64,000 nucleotides of DNA from positions 256,197 to 320,196 of the forward strand of contig DIZX01000015.1 of NCBI GenBank assembly GCA_002429485.1. The letters run 5' to 3'. The DNA comes from Patescibacteria group bacterium UBA6017 (lineage in GTDB: Bacteria; Patescibacteriota; Saccharimonadia; UBA4664). The notes below the pieces were generated by a model. The model did not search any database. It saw only the letters and a list, made by a program, of their open reading frames with translations, and was not told where the DNA came from. Shown here one piece after another: positions 49,305 through 59,046 of the stretch. Position 1 is the stretch's first letter, and every line of letters starts with the position of its first letter. A program made the position numbers and the translations under genes.

Positions 49305-49923
49305 ATGGCAGAGCCACTAACAAAGCGTCAAAAAGAAGTTCTCGACTTCGTGTCCCAATTCATCGAGCTGCACGGCTACGCGCCCAGCTATCGTGAAATT
49401 GCGACTTATTTCAAATACGGCTCCGTTGCGACCGTGGCTGAGCACATTGAGTCGCTCGTCGGCAAGGGCATGCTCAGCAAAAGCGACAATGAGGCCCGCT
49501 CCATCCAGCTAGTCAAAACCGATGTTGATGCTACTCCCAGCATCTCCCTGCCAATTCTTGGCCTCGTGGCTGCCGGCCAACCCATTGAAACCCTCGGCAT
49601 GCATCCCGAAACCCTCGAAGTTCCGCCTTTCATGGTCGGCCGCAAGAACTCCTACGTCCTCCAGGTCAAAGGCGACTCCATGATCGACGAAGGCATTCAC
49701 ACCGGCGACTACGTAGTCGTTACCGAGAAGCCCGTCCCCTCAAAACGGCGAGATGGTCATTGCCCTCATCAACGGTGGCGAGGCCACCCTCAAGCGGTAC
49801 TACAAAGAGAAGACGCACATCCGCCTCCAGCCCTCCAATGCCGCCATGGACCCCATAATCATCGAGCCCGGAACGCCCATCGAAATTCAGGGCGTTGTCA
49901 TCGGTCTCATCCGTAAGTACTAG
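49305..49923 (+). CDS. lexA: LexA repressor, interrupted by an apparent +1 frameshift in a C4 run at 49736..49739.
   Basis: The N-terminal wHTH and the Ser motif GDSM are in frame 0 (ORF 49305..49916). The Lys motif and canonical C-terminus NGEMVIALINGGEATLKRYYKEKTHIRLQPSNAAMDPIIIEPGTPIEIQGVVIGLIRKY* are in the +1 frame ending at 49923. Deleting one C restores a 205-aa LexA. Confidence 0.85.
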
Positions 49924-50342
49924 GGGCACGGCGATGAACCAGACTTCACACAACACCTTTGAGTGTCATATGTATGTCTCGCCCCGCGGGAGTATGAATT
50001 TTATGCTCCCAGCCGAATCCGGTCCCGAGCGCATCGCCCGTCTCGAGCCGCTTGCCCACGACAAATTGATTGATCCCAGCTTCCGCCGCCTCTTGGCCGC
50101 TTTTGAGTCGGTCTCAAATCCGCGCTATCCCCAGTCGCTCCAAACTGTGCAGGTCTAAACAGCGACAACATTAGCAGGGGATATGCGCCCGCGCGGCACG
50201 TCACTAGGCTTACTGAAGCATTGTTGTCGCCGCGAATGTAACAAATTATTATCGTAGTGAGCGCCTGACAAGACAGAGCGCGCGCATAATCAACGGGTCG
50301 AGTTCGCGAACAAGATAATAATTAGTTACGAAGCGGCCAATT

Positions 50343-51401
50343 TTAGTCGGCAAACACCAAGTCGGCCAACTCTCGCCGAAACGCATTAATCCCGTCACGA
50401 CTGGACGGCCTGGTTGGGTATGTTGCGTTCGACAGGTGGACTAGTGCAGCTTCCTTCTCGGGGTCGATCATCATTACACAGCCGGTAAATCCGGTTTTTC
50501 CAAAGGTTTGCTCGCCGGCTTGTGTGCCTCGCAGCCGCTCCGGCAATAGCTCCCAACCCAACCCGGTCCGCTCGGGCAGCCCTTGCAGCTGATTGGTGTG
50601 CATCAACTCGACCATGTTTGCGGCAAATATTTTCGTTCCACTGAGTGACCCCTCCCCGAGCAGCATTTGGCAGTATTTCAGCAGGTCGTCCGCGGTCGAA
50701 AACAACCCCGCAGCCCCGCTGCGCCCGCCAGAAGCAGTAATCGCCCAAGACGACTCGTCGTGCACGCGTCCCTTTATCTCGCCGTCTGGGCCGATTTCAG
50801 TTGGGGCAATCGAGTCTTTATAGGTACCGAGCGGCGTGAACGTCGAGCGCTTCATGCCCAAAGGGCCGAATAGCTCGGTCTGAGCGACCTCGTCAAGACT
50901 CCGTCCGTAGACGCGTTCGATTATGGGGCCCATTAATATGGCCGGACCATTTGTGTACCAGTAGCTATCCCCCGGAGGGCCAACCAGTGGGGCGCGCATG
51001 AGTTGCTGGACCACTCGACCAGGGTCTACTCGGGCCAACGCTGCGACCCCGCCGTCCAAATCAAACGTCACCGTGTACGTGAGCAAGTGCCTGATTAATA
51101 TTCTCTCTCGGTAGGCATTCTTCAGCCCAGGGATATAGTCGATTACCCTGTCGTTGAGCCTTATCCTGCCCTCATCAACCAGTTTGAGAATTAACGATCC
51201 GGTCGGGACCGATTTCGTGATCGAGGCGACATCATAAAGCGTTTCTAAGCCAACTTTTGGAGCATCTTCGCCGTATGTTAATCGGCCATAGTCTACCCGG
51301 GTGATTCGGCCTCGACGGGCGACAGCAATGCTACATCCCGGGAATAACCGATCTCGAACCGCCTGCTCGCACAGACTTCTAATCTGCTCATCCAGTACCA
51401 T
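50343..51401 (-). CDS. Beta-lactamase-family serine hydrolase (class C / PBP4-like fold).
   Basis: SxxK is present as ASITKS. The likely start is MVLDEQIRS at 51401. Confidence 0.75.
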   Translation of the reverse strand: MVLDEQIRSLCEQAVRDRLFPGCSIAVARRGRITRVDYGRLTYGEDAPKVGLETLYDVASITKSVPTGSLILKLVDEGRIRLNDRVIDYIPGLKNAYRERILIRHLLTYTVTFDLDGGVAALARVDPGRVVQQLMRAPLVGPPGDSYWYTNGPAILMGPIIERVYGRSLDEVAQTELFGPLGMKRSTFTPLGTYKDSIAPTEIGPDGEIKGRVHDESSWAITASGGRSGAAGLFSTADDLLKYCQMLLGEGSLSGTKIFAANMVELMHTNQLQGLPERTGLGWELLPERLRGTQAGEQTFGKTGFTGCVMMIDPEKEAALVHLSNATYPTRPSSRDGINAFRRELADLVFAD

Positions 51402-51907
51402 TATTTTGCGCTTGAGTGCTCTTCTCCGTGATGCTGCCCGGTTACACGCCACGGCTTTTCGATGTCTTCAAATGGCTTCATGGCTTCCTCGCGCAGAATA
51501 CCGCCTACTACCTCGGGTCGGTAGTCCCAATCCTCGGCCAGTTGGGCGATGCGGATTTTGCGTCGTCGAAACAGGTGCGGCAGATCATCACGGTAGATCC
51601 CAAACACTACTCGCGGGATATTTGACTGAAAAATAGCCGCCGAACACATCGGGCACGGCTCGGCTGACGAATATATAATACAATCGCTCAAATCGCGCTT
51701 GGCCAGTTTCCATGAGGCTTCGCTCAGCGCCATCATCTCGGCGTGTGCCGTCACATCGGCCTTGCGGTGCTCGCCGTTCTCGGCCGCCACGATTACCTTG
51801 CCGTTTTGGGTTATCACGGCCCCAAAAGGAAATTCACCGCGCTCTTTTGATGCCCAAGCCAGGTCGAGCGTTAATTTCATATGATCTTCATTGATCCAAT
51901 TGTTCAT
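51401..51907 (-). CDS. CMP/dCMP-type zinc deaminase (tRNA adenosine or guanine deaminase-like).
   Basis: HAEMMAL ... PCPMC are the zinc ligands. The stop overlaps the start of the downstream hydrolase by 1 nt. Confidence 0.8.
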   Translation of the reverse strand: MNNWINEDHMKLTLDLAWASKERGEFPFGAVITQNGKVIVAAENGEHRKADVTAHAEMMALSEASWKLAKRDLSDCIIYSSAEPCPMCSAAIFQSNIPRVVFGIYRDDLPHLFRRRKIRIAQLAEDWDYRPEVVGGILREEAMKPFEDIEKPWRVTGQHHGEEHSSAK

Positions 51908-51950
51908 GACGGAACTTTACAGGTTTGAAGCTGCATGTGCAACGGCCTCA

Positions 51951-52898
51951 TCATGGCTCACGGATAGTCGGCGTCTCTAGCTCTACCTGGATGTGGCTCA
52001 CGATTGGGGCCCGCCGCTTCACTCGCGATTTGATTTTATCAATCAACTTCTCAATTTCCCGGGTTTCCAACCCGCCCTTCATATGCACTTCCAGGTTTAC
52101 CAGTAAGCGCTCCGAACCCAGATACATTGTTCGTAGGTCCAGAACCTCTTGCACCTCGTCAACTTCCAGCACGGCTTTTCTAATCAGGCTTTCGATATCA
52201 TTGGTTGCACTGCGCCCAACCAATAAATCCTTTACCCCGTTAATGAGCATCACCGACAGTACCGCCGTAGCTACACCAATAACCACCGCCCCGACCCCGT
52301 CAAATCTGGCGTTGCCGGTAATCTGGTACAGCCCGATTGCCGCCAATCCAATCAATGCCGATAGTGATCCCAGCATATCCAGCACCAAGGTAGCTTTTGT
52401 CTCAACCATACTCGAGTGCCGGAATCGCTGCCACATGTTTGGCCCCACATGCACTCCCCGCATACGCCGTAAACTCAGGCTCAGAGCATATCCGTTTGTC
52501 GATAATCCCAGCAGTAGAGCGATGTATGTCAGCCAAGAGTTATGAATCGGCGCAGGGTGTAGTATCCGCTCTACCCCAAGCAGAACCGATAAGGTCGCCG
52601 TGAGCATAAACATCGCCACCCCAGCCATCAGCACCCAGAAAAACAGCTCCCGTCCGTGCCCAAACCGGTACTTTCGATTGGCCCGGCGCCCAGAGCGGTG
52701 GATCCCCACCCATAACAAAGACGACGTTAGTAGGTCGGCCCCACCCTGGAGAGCCTCTGCCAGCATCACCACACTGCCAGTGAAGATGGCCACAGTCAGG
52801 TTAAATACTAAGTCGATGAGGTCAACTGCAAAGGAGGTTATTATTACCCGTTGAGCCGAAATCTGTGCCTTTGCTATGGTGTTGCCCTTATTATTCAT
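51951..52898 (-). CDS. Cation diffusion facilitator family transporter.
   Basis: 6 TM segments with a CDF signature around TM2 (SLLWVGIHRSGRRANRKYRFGHGR), plus a C-terminal cytoplasmic domain. Confidence 0.85.
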   Translation of the reverse strand: MNNKGNTIAKAQISAQRVIITSFAVDLIDLVFNLTVAIFTGSVVMLAEALQGGADLLTSSLLWVGIHRSGRRANRKYRFGHGRELFFWVLMAGVAMFMLTATLSVLLGVERILHPAPIHNSWLTYIALLLGLSTNGYALSLSLRRMRGVHVGPNMWQRFRHSSMVETKATLVLDMLGSLSALIGLAAIGLYQITGNARFDGVGAVVIGVATAVLSVMLINGVKDLLVGRSATNDIESLIRKAVLEVDEVQEVLDLRTMYLGSERLLVNLEVHMKGGLETREIEKLIDKIKSRVKRRAPIVSHIQVELETPTIREP

Positions 52899-52960
52899 AG
52901 AGTATAACTCGTCTGGACAACAAAATTAACTACTTTCTCTTATTCCTGTAGTCCGTATAA

Positions 52961-53827
52961 TTGAACCCAGTGAGTCCAGATATTGCCCTCGAATATATTA
53001 ATGCCTCCAAATCAACCACCTATTCGGTCGCTGATCAGTTTCATGGTGGAGAAAACCAGGGAGCATACCGGTTGGTATCTGGAGACGGAACTGGTGCCGT
53101 ACTCAAGCTGAGTTCTAATCCTATGTGGCGCTCACAAATTGAGCGTGCTAAGGCCGCAACCGATCACTTGCGGCCGCTCGGCTATCCTGTTCCGAAATAT
53201 CTGTATATCGATTCTACCGACCAGGGTACGTTTTGGCTCGAGGATCAGTTGCCTGGCGATGCAATAGTGTCTCCGACACCCGCTCAAATCACGGAGCTTC
53301 TTAACCTCGTCGAGTTGCAGAAAGGTCAGGCTATAAGTGAGGTTCAAGGTCAGGATTGGTCGTGGTACGTTGCTGGAGTTGTTTTCCGCGGCGACGGGGG
53401 ACTCGTGCGCGTATTAATGCAATTCTCTGTCGAAACCTCCGCCCTCGCTGCCCAGATCGAAGGCCTTGTACTTGGGCTCGATAGCAAAGTATTGAGCAAA
53501 AGCGACCTGGTCCACGGCGACCTAGGCATCTCGCAGGTTTTGGCCCAAGGCGACAAAATTTCCGCTGTTCTTGATTGGGATCAGGTTGGATACGGTGATC
53601 GCGCGATGGACCTCGTCGGGCTCTGGTACTCGCTCATGGACCTCCCGGCTGCCCGGGATCAGGTATATGCCAAGCTCCTCCAGATAACCGACCACGAATC
53701 ACTCAAAATTTTTGCCGCCAACAAGATGCTGGCCATGGTTGCTTGGAGTATTAATAAACCGGGCGGCGAGGTGGCCACCGCGGTTCAGCAGGCCAAGTCC
53801 GCGCTGCAGATCCTCAGTACGCTGTAA
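52961..53827 (+). CDS. Phosphotransferase enzyme family protein (APH/choline-kinase-like).
   Basis: Brenner-like LVHGDLGISQVL and DWD motifs are present. Confidence 0.55.
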   Translation: MNPVSPDIALEYINASKSTTYSVADQFHGGENQGAYRLVSGDGTGAVLKLSSNPMWRSQIERAKAATDHLRPLGYPVPKYLYIDSTDQGTFWLEDQLPGDAIVSPTPAQITELLNLVELQKGQAISEVQGQDWSWYVAGVVFRGDGGLVRVLMQFSVETSALAAQIEGLVLGLDSKVLSKSDLVHGDLGISQVLAQGDKISAVLDWDQVGYGDRAMDLVGLWYSLMDLPAARDQVYAKLLQITDHESLKIFAANKMLAMVAWSINKPGGEVATAVQQAKSALQILSTL

Positions 53828-53848
53828 TGGCCCGCCTATACAAACTTA

Positions 53849-54133
53849 TTAAAACAGGCGGTCCTGCCTCGGTACGCTGGGCAGCAGCTCTATTGCCGCC
53901 AAAACCACCGCTGTCTCAGCCTTAATCTCAAGGGTCTTGTGGCGGGAGGTCCAACCCTTAACAACCGTCACCCGGCTCTTAGCTAACCCCAACCATTCAG
54001 CCACCATCTCAATCAGCCGCTCGTTGGCCGCGCCCTGCACCGGGGGAGCCTTAACCACCACAACCAGCTTCTCGCCATCCCATCCTAATGATTCCCGCTT
54101 GCGGCCTGGGTTAACTAATGCGTGTACTTGCAT
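53849..54133 (-). CDS. DUF167 (YggU) family protein.
   Basis: A 94-aa protein. PGRKRESLGWDGEKLVVVVKAPPVQGAANERL...KSRVTVVKGWTSRHKTLEI matches the YggU pattern. Confidence 0.7.
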   Translation of the reverse strand: MQVHALVNPGRKRESLGWDGEKLVVVVKAPPVQGAANERLIEMVAEWLGLAKSRVTVVKGWTSRHKTLEIKAETAVVLAAIELLPSVPRQDRLF

Positions 54134-54226
54134 GATTTCATTCTAATACTCAGCTCGACCAAGTTATTTCGTCTTCATTATGAGCCCCGATTTCCGAACT
54201 TCAAGGTAGGCGTTCATAATACCAAT

Positions 54227-54475
54227 ATGAAGCAATACATATTTCGAGATAAAGATGGGAAAGTAGCCTTAATCGCGTGGCCCAACTGGGCCCTGATCGG
54301 CTGGGGGAGCTTTTCGCTACTAGGTCGCTTTACTCAATGGAAGCAGCTCGCCTGGATCGGTACCGCTTTTCTGCTCGTATGGGCTTTGTTGGAAATTTTT
54401 CTGGGCGTAAATTATTTTAGGCGGGCGCTTGGTCTGGCCGTTTTAGTGCTCACGCTAGGAAAACTTCTCGCTTAA
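54227..54475 (+). CDS. Small membrane protein, hypothetical.
   Basis: ORF 54122..54475. The likely start is MKQYIF at 54227 with CATAAT 8 nt upstream. It has 2 TM segments. Confidence 0.35.
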   Translation: MKQYIFRDKDGKVALIAWPNWALIGWGSFSLLGRFTQWKQLAWIGTAFLLVWALLEIFLGVNYFRRALGLAVLVLTLGKLLA

Positions 54476-54518
54476 GAATATTATGTAGGGGCAATCTACC
54501 CACAGGTAGGAGTCTAAT

Positions 54519-55397
54519 ATGCTAGCAATCAAAATTTCCAATGTCAGTAAGCGCTACGGCCACAGTGCAGCCCTGTCTGGGGTGTCGCTAGAGGTAGAAG
54601 CTGGCGAAATTTACGGCTTCCTGGGACCTAATGGTGCGGGCAAAACCACCACCATCCGCTGCCTGATGGATTTTATCCGCCCAAACGAAGGCTCTATATC
54701 GATTTTTGGCCTCGATGCTCGGGGTGACAGCGTCGAGGTTAAGCGCCAGGTGGGATTCCTTTCGGCCGACAATCAACTTTATTCCAAATGGAACGCCCGG
54801 CAGCATATTGACCTCATCGCCGGGGTCCGCGGCGGCACCGATAACAGCGCTGCCCTGATCAAGCGACTCGGCCTCGACCCGGAGGTTCCGGTCCATCATC
54901 TATCTTCCGGTAACCAACAAAAACTCGGTTTAATCCTTGCGCTCATGACCAACCCAAAGCTGGTGATTCTCGACGAGCCTACCAAAGGTCTCGATCCGCT
55001 GCTCCAGCATGAGATTTACTCGATCCTAAAAGAGTACGTTGCCGGTGGCGGCACGGTCTTCTTGTCGTCCCACAACTTGGCCGAAGTCGAGCACCTCTGC
55101 TCCAACGTGGGCGTTATCAAGCAAGGCAAGATAGTAGCCAGCAAAAGTATGAACGAAATTGTGGCCATGAACTTGCATATCGTCACGGTAACTTTCCCCG
55201 CTGGGTCAACGGCGCCCGTCCTCGATGTCCCCGGAGCCGAAATCATCACCGCCACCGATGGCCATATGGTTCTCAAAATCCGTGGCGATCTCAACCCGCT
55301 GATCGCGAAGCTAGCCAGCTTCCAGCTCACCGATATTGAAATCAAGCACGCCCCGCTCGAAGAAATCTTTATGGAATATTACCGAGACAAACCATGA
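54519..55397 (+). CDS. ABC transporter ATP-binding protein (ABC-2 exporter type).
   Basis: Walker A is GPNGAGKTT, the signature is LSSGNQQKLGL, and Walker B is LVILDEPT. Confidence 0.9.
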   Translation: MLAIKISNVSKRYGHSAALSGVSLEVEAGEIYGFLGPNGAGKTTTIRCLMDFIRPNEGSISIFGLDARGDSVEVKRQVGFLSADNQLYSKWNARQHIDLIAGVRGGTDNSAALIKRLGLDPEVPVHHLSSGNQQKLGLILALMTNPKLVILDEPTKGLDPLLQHEIYSILKEYVAGGGTVFLSSHNLAEVEHLCSNVGVIKQGKIVASKSMNEIVAMNLHIVTVTFPAGSTAPVLDVPGAEIITATDGHMVLKIRGDLNPLIAKLASFQLTDIEIKHAPLEEIFMEYYRDKP

Positions 55398-56194
55398 TTC
55401 CCATCATCAAAAAAGAATTTAGCGCCAAATGGATATCGCTTACGGTATATTGCCTGGTTATTATTGGTCTCAGCTGGTTGTACGTCGGCCTCTTTCCCTC
55501 CATTCAGGCTCAGGCCGCCAGCCTCACCAAAATCATCGATCAGCTGGGGGCGGGGATTAAGGCCCTTGGCGTTACTCAAATAGGCTTCGATACGCTCGAT
55601 AAGTACTTGTCGATTGAGGTTTATGGCATCACCTGGCCGCTGCTGGTCATAACTTTTGTCACGTCCCGGGCCGGGCACGCCTTAGCTGGTGAAACCGAAA
55701 CCGGCACCATGGGCACGATTTTGTCGCTTCCGGTATCTCGCGCCAATATCTACCTGGCAAAATACTTTGCAGGGTTGGTGGGGTTAGTTGTTTTTGTGGC
55801 GGTAAGTATTTTTTCTGCCCCAATCTTCGCCACAATCTACAATGTTGAGTTCGCCTGGAGCAATTTTGTTAGCCTGTCGGTGCTATGCCTGTTGTTTAGC
55901 TGGGCGCTGTATAGCCTGGGTATGATGCTCTCGGCCATTTTCAACGAGAAAGGCCGCGTCAATTTAGCCATCGGCGGCATCTTACTGCTCATGTACGTGG
56001 CTAATGTCATTGCCGGCCTCAGCGACAAATTCGACTGGCTCCGGTTCGGCTCACTCTTTCACTACTTCAACGCTTCGGCCGTGCTTATTTCTAATGACGT
56101 CAGCCTTACTTCCTATGGCGTCTTTACCTGCATCATCTTAGTCTCAACTGTCGCCGGCATGATCTGGTTCGCCCGCAAGGACGTTATCGTCTGA
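55394..56194 (+). CDS. ABC-2 family transporter permease.
   Basis: 6 TM segments. The gene overlaps the ATPase gene by 4 nt. Confidence 0.7.
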   Translation: MIPIIKKEFSAKWISLTVYCLVIIGLSWLYVGLFPSIQAQAASLTKIIDQLGAGIKALGVTQIGFDTLDKYLSIEVYGITWPLLVITFVTSRAGHALAGETETGTMGTILSLPVSRANIYLAKYFAGLVGLVVFVAVSIFSAPIFATIYNVEFAWSNFVSLSVLCLLFSWALYSLGMMLSAIFNEKGRVNLAIGGILLLMYVANVIAGLSDKFDWLRFGSLFHYFNASAVLISNDVSLTSYGVFTCIILVSTVAGMIWFARKDVIV

Positions 56195-56960
56195 TATCTT
56201 TTCTTAGCCACGGAATAAACATGCTCGTTCGGCGCTCATACTCAGCAAAATCTGGGTTATTCATCATTTTCTTTTCCAGCAGCGAAACCCCCGACACTTT
56301 CAGGATTAGCCAGGTAATGGTTAGCGGGCCAATAATTGAGAGCATTCCGTTTGGCGCCGACAGCGCCATCAGCCAGATACCCCACCACATAGTCACTTCG
56401 CCAAAATAGTTCGGATGTCGGGTGTAGCCCCAAAGACCAGACTGGATCAACTTACCCTTATTCGTCGGGTCAGTTTTGAACCGTGCCAGCTGGGCGTCTC
56501 CTACGGCTTCAAACGTAAAGCCAACCAGCCACACTATAATCCCGATAACATCGAACCAGCCAAGCTGAGGGCCCTGCGCGACATTGATCATCATTACCGG
56601 CAAGGCAACCAAAAAGATCAGTAACCCTTGGAACAGAAACACTTGTGCGTACGACCGCAAATAAAACCATTTGCCCCAATCCTTGCGCCACTGCTGGTAA
56701 CGGGAGTCTTCCGGCTTGCCTTGGTGCCTCCGGTGGATATGCCACGCCAGGCGCAGCCCCCAAATACTCACTAAGATTCCTACCAGCAGTCCCCGGCCGC
56801 TCAACCCGGCACCAATCACCAATGACCACCAGGCCAATACAACAAACCCGAGCCCCCAGGCCTCATCCGCCACATCATTTCGTTTCCTTACCAAGGAGAT
56901 ACCAAACCACACGCTCATGTACCCGACTAGAACAATGGCCAGGACGAGGAAATAATTCAC
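56184..56960 (-). CDS. DUF1295/ICMT-like membrane protein (steroid-5alpha-reductase/methyltransferase superfamily).
   Basis: The YTRHPNYFGE motif plus multiple TM segments. Confidence 0.6.
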   Translation of the reverse strand: MNYFLVLAIVLVGYMSVWFGISLVRKRNDVADEAWGLGFVVLAWWSLVIGAGLSGRGLLVGILVSIWGLRLAWHIHRRHQGKPEDSRYQQWRKDWGKWFYLRSYAQVFLFQGLLIFLVALPVMMINVAQGPQLGWFDVIGIIVWLVGFTFEAVGDAQLARFKTDPTNKGKLIQSGLWGYTRHPNYFGEVTMWWGIWLMALSAPNGMLSIIGPLTITWLILKVSGVSLLEKKMMNNPDFAEYERRTSMFIPWLRKDIRR

Positions 56961-57355
56961 AGCCCTAGTTTGACGGCAATAAAGTACGTCGCCGTCGAGA
57001 CCGCTGCCGCCAACATTACTCCCCAGGCCATATCAACAACCGTTAGTAGCACCGGCCAGTTCTTGAGCGTAGCCAGATTGGTTAGATCATAGGTCGCATA
57101 TGTGATCAGTCCGAACGCGGCCCCGTACCACAGCGCGTGCGTCCATGAGCCAGCCTTAATGGCGGGCAAGATAACGAATAACACCATCCCAGCAAGAAAC
57201 AGCAGGTAGAACACCACTGCCGCCGTTCGGTTGATATCGCTTTTAATCAACATGCCAATTTGGCTGGCGTAAAAATTCTTGGCTACCACCCCGATCCAGA
57301 GCATATCGAGGGCAAAGAATACCGGCAGCGCAATAAGGTAGAGTTTCCAAAACAT
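56957..57355 (-). CDS. Small membrane protein, DUF2177-like.
   Basis: MFWKLYLIALPVFFALDMLWIGVVAKNFY... has 4 TM segments. Confidence 0.45.
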   Translation of the reverse strand: MFWKLYLIALPVFFALDMLWIGVVAKNFYASQIGMLIKSDINRTAAVVFYLLFLAGMVLFVILPAIKAGSWTHALWYGAAFGLITYATYDLTNLATLKNWPVLLTVVDMAWGVMLAAAVSTATYFIAVKLGL

Positions 57356-57359
57356 ATTA

Positions 57360-57755
57360 TTAGTTCCTGTAGGTTATGGTTAATTGTAGTGCGGTTGCAA
57401 ATAGGCCCCAGAGTAAGTAGGGGATATTGGCGTAAGTTACCCAGGGCAGATGCGGCCACACCTCCACCAGAGCCCAGATGAGCGTGCCGACCACCAGCAG
57501 AATATCGACCGCCGCCAAGGCATTGTTATTAAGCCCAAACTGAATTGGCGTAAAGGCCAAGTTAAACACCAGGTTCAAAGCAAACGGCAAGGCTACTATC
57601 GCCGGTATCTGGCCTGTGCTCGCCTTGTAAAATACCGTCCCGAAAGTATAGGCAATAATCACGTACAGCACCGTCCACACTGGGCCAAACAGCCAGCTTG
57701 GCGGCGCCCATGATGGTTGGATCAGTTCGGCGTACTTTTGCGGTGTATCCATCAC
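57360..57755 (-). CDS. tspO: TspO/MBR family tryptophan-rich protein.
   Basis: PSWAPPSWLFGPVWTVLYVIIAY plus 5 TM segments and Trp-rich loops. Confidence 0.8.
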   Translation of the reverse strand: MMDTPQKYAELIQPSWAPPSWLFGPVWTVLYVIIAYTFGTVFYKASTGQIPAIVALPFALNLVFNLAFTPIQFGLNNNALAAVDILLVVGTLIWALVEVWPHLPWVTYANIPYLLWGLFATALQLTITYRN

Positions 57756-57760
57756 TCCTC

Positions 57761-58534
57761 CTAATTAAGTAGCGCCCCGCCATCCACCACAATCTGGCTG
57801 CCGGTCATATACGATGCCAAGTCGGAGGCCAGAAATAGAGCTACTGTGCCTATTTCATCAGCTTCGCCCATTCGGCGCATTGGTATTTTTGCCAAAAAGG
57901 CTTCAACGAGCTTAGCAGGGTCAATCCCGGCTAGCGGCTGCTGATTCTGTTGCACCGCTGCCACCCCCGGAGTGGTGATCCCCCCTGGGGCAATCGCATT
58001 CACCCAGATTCCGTACGGTGCCAGTTCCAGCGCGGAGTTCTTTGTGAACCCCCACACTCCGTGCTTGGAGGCGTCGTAGTGCGCCAATCCCACCATCGAA
58101 GGGTGCAGCGCATCTATCGAGGTCACGTTGATAATCTTGCCGCCCTTGCCCGCTGTCTTCATCAGCTCCGAGGCATATTTGGTGGTCAAGAAAACGCTCC
58201 GCAGGTTCACGTGCATCACCTTCTCAAAATCTTCAGCGCTCATTTGGGCGATCGGCTCACTTGGGTAGATCCCGGCATTATTTACCAGAATATCCACGGA
58301 ACCATACAATTTCGAGCAACTACTCAGCATGCGCTTAACATCGCCCTCACTCGATACATCGATCTCGATAGCCTCCGCCGACCAGCCCTTATCCTTTAAT
58401 TCACCCACGGCGCTTTCCGCGGCCGGCATGTCAGTATCGGCAATCAGCACCTTCGCGCCCGCCTCCGCCAAGCGGTAGCTTATGCCGTACCCAATGCCCT
58501 TGGCGGGTTTATTTTGAGGCTGGGTTGATTTCAA
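57761..58534 (-). CDS. SDR-family oxidoreductase.
   Basis: The glycine-rich N-terminus, NNAG, and the YDASKHGVWGFTK catalytic Y-x3-K are present. Confidence 0.9.
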   Translation of the reverse strand: MKSTQPQNKPAKGIGYGISYRLAEAGAKVLIADTDMPAAESAVGELKDKGWSAEAIEIDVSSEGDVKRMLSSCSKLYGSVDILVNNAGIYPSEPIAQMSAEDFEKVMHVNLRSVFLTTKYASELMKTAGKGGKIINVTSIDALHPSMVGLAHYDASKHGVWGFTKNSALELAPYGIWVNAIAPGGITTPGVAAVQQNQQPLAGIDPAKLVEAFLAKIPMRRMGEADEIGTVALFLASDLASYMTGSQIVVDGGALLN

Positions 58535-58907
58535 ACTCTGCCATTAGCGAAAACAGTATCAAGGTATGAATGCCCAGCCCGGCCACTAGATTGGCCATCA
58601 CTATCCCAAAACTTCCCTGGAACTTCAGTACTCCCAATAAATATCCGAAGAACACGATGGCTAGAATACGTGTCCCGAAGCCAACTTTATTTGATGTCAG
58701 GCGCGCCCAAGGTAGCTTAGCGAAGTAGGTATATAAAAATACCAGGTGCAGCGCGAGCAGGGCCGTGACGTAGAGACCCGCCGGCACGTATAGCTTGTAA
58801 TAAACCAGAGGAACCAAGATGAGCGTGGCGACGAAAACCGTCACCAACTTCTTCAAAAATAAGCTATTGTCCAGCAACCGAATCGATAATTTGTCAGTAA
58901 TATTCAC
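58509..58907 (-). CDS. Hypothetical membrane protein.
   Basis: 132 aa with 4 TM segments and no motif. Confidence 0.4.
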   Translation of the reverse strand: MNITDKLSIRLLDNSLFLKKLVTVFVATLILVPLVYYKLYVPAGLYVTALLALHLVFLYTYFAKLPWARLTSNKVGFGTRILAIVFFGYLLGVLKFQGSFGIVMANLVAGLGIHTLILFSLMAEFEINPASK

Positions 58908-58957
58908 ACCTCAATTATAGCAACACGCCCCTTTAATACTATCCGAAGCCAGATTGC

Positions 58958-58985
58958 TTGACATTATAAGCATAAAGACTATAAT
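58958..58985 (+). promoter_or_regulatory. Consensus sigma70 promoter TTGACA-N16-TATAAT.
   Basis: TTGACA at 58958..58963 and TATAAT at 58980..58985, in an AT-rich flank. An AAGGAG Shine-Dalgarno sequence lies 6 nt before the ATG at 59047. Confidence 0.65.
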
Positions 58986-59046
58986 AGTATATTCGCTAGG
59001 CATTATCCCTGCAGCACCCGGCACGACCTCGACGAAGGAGCTTCAC

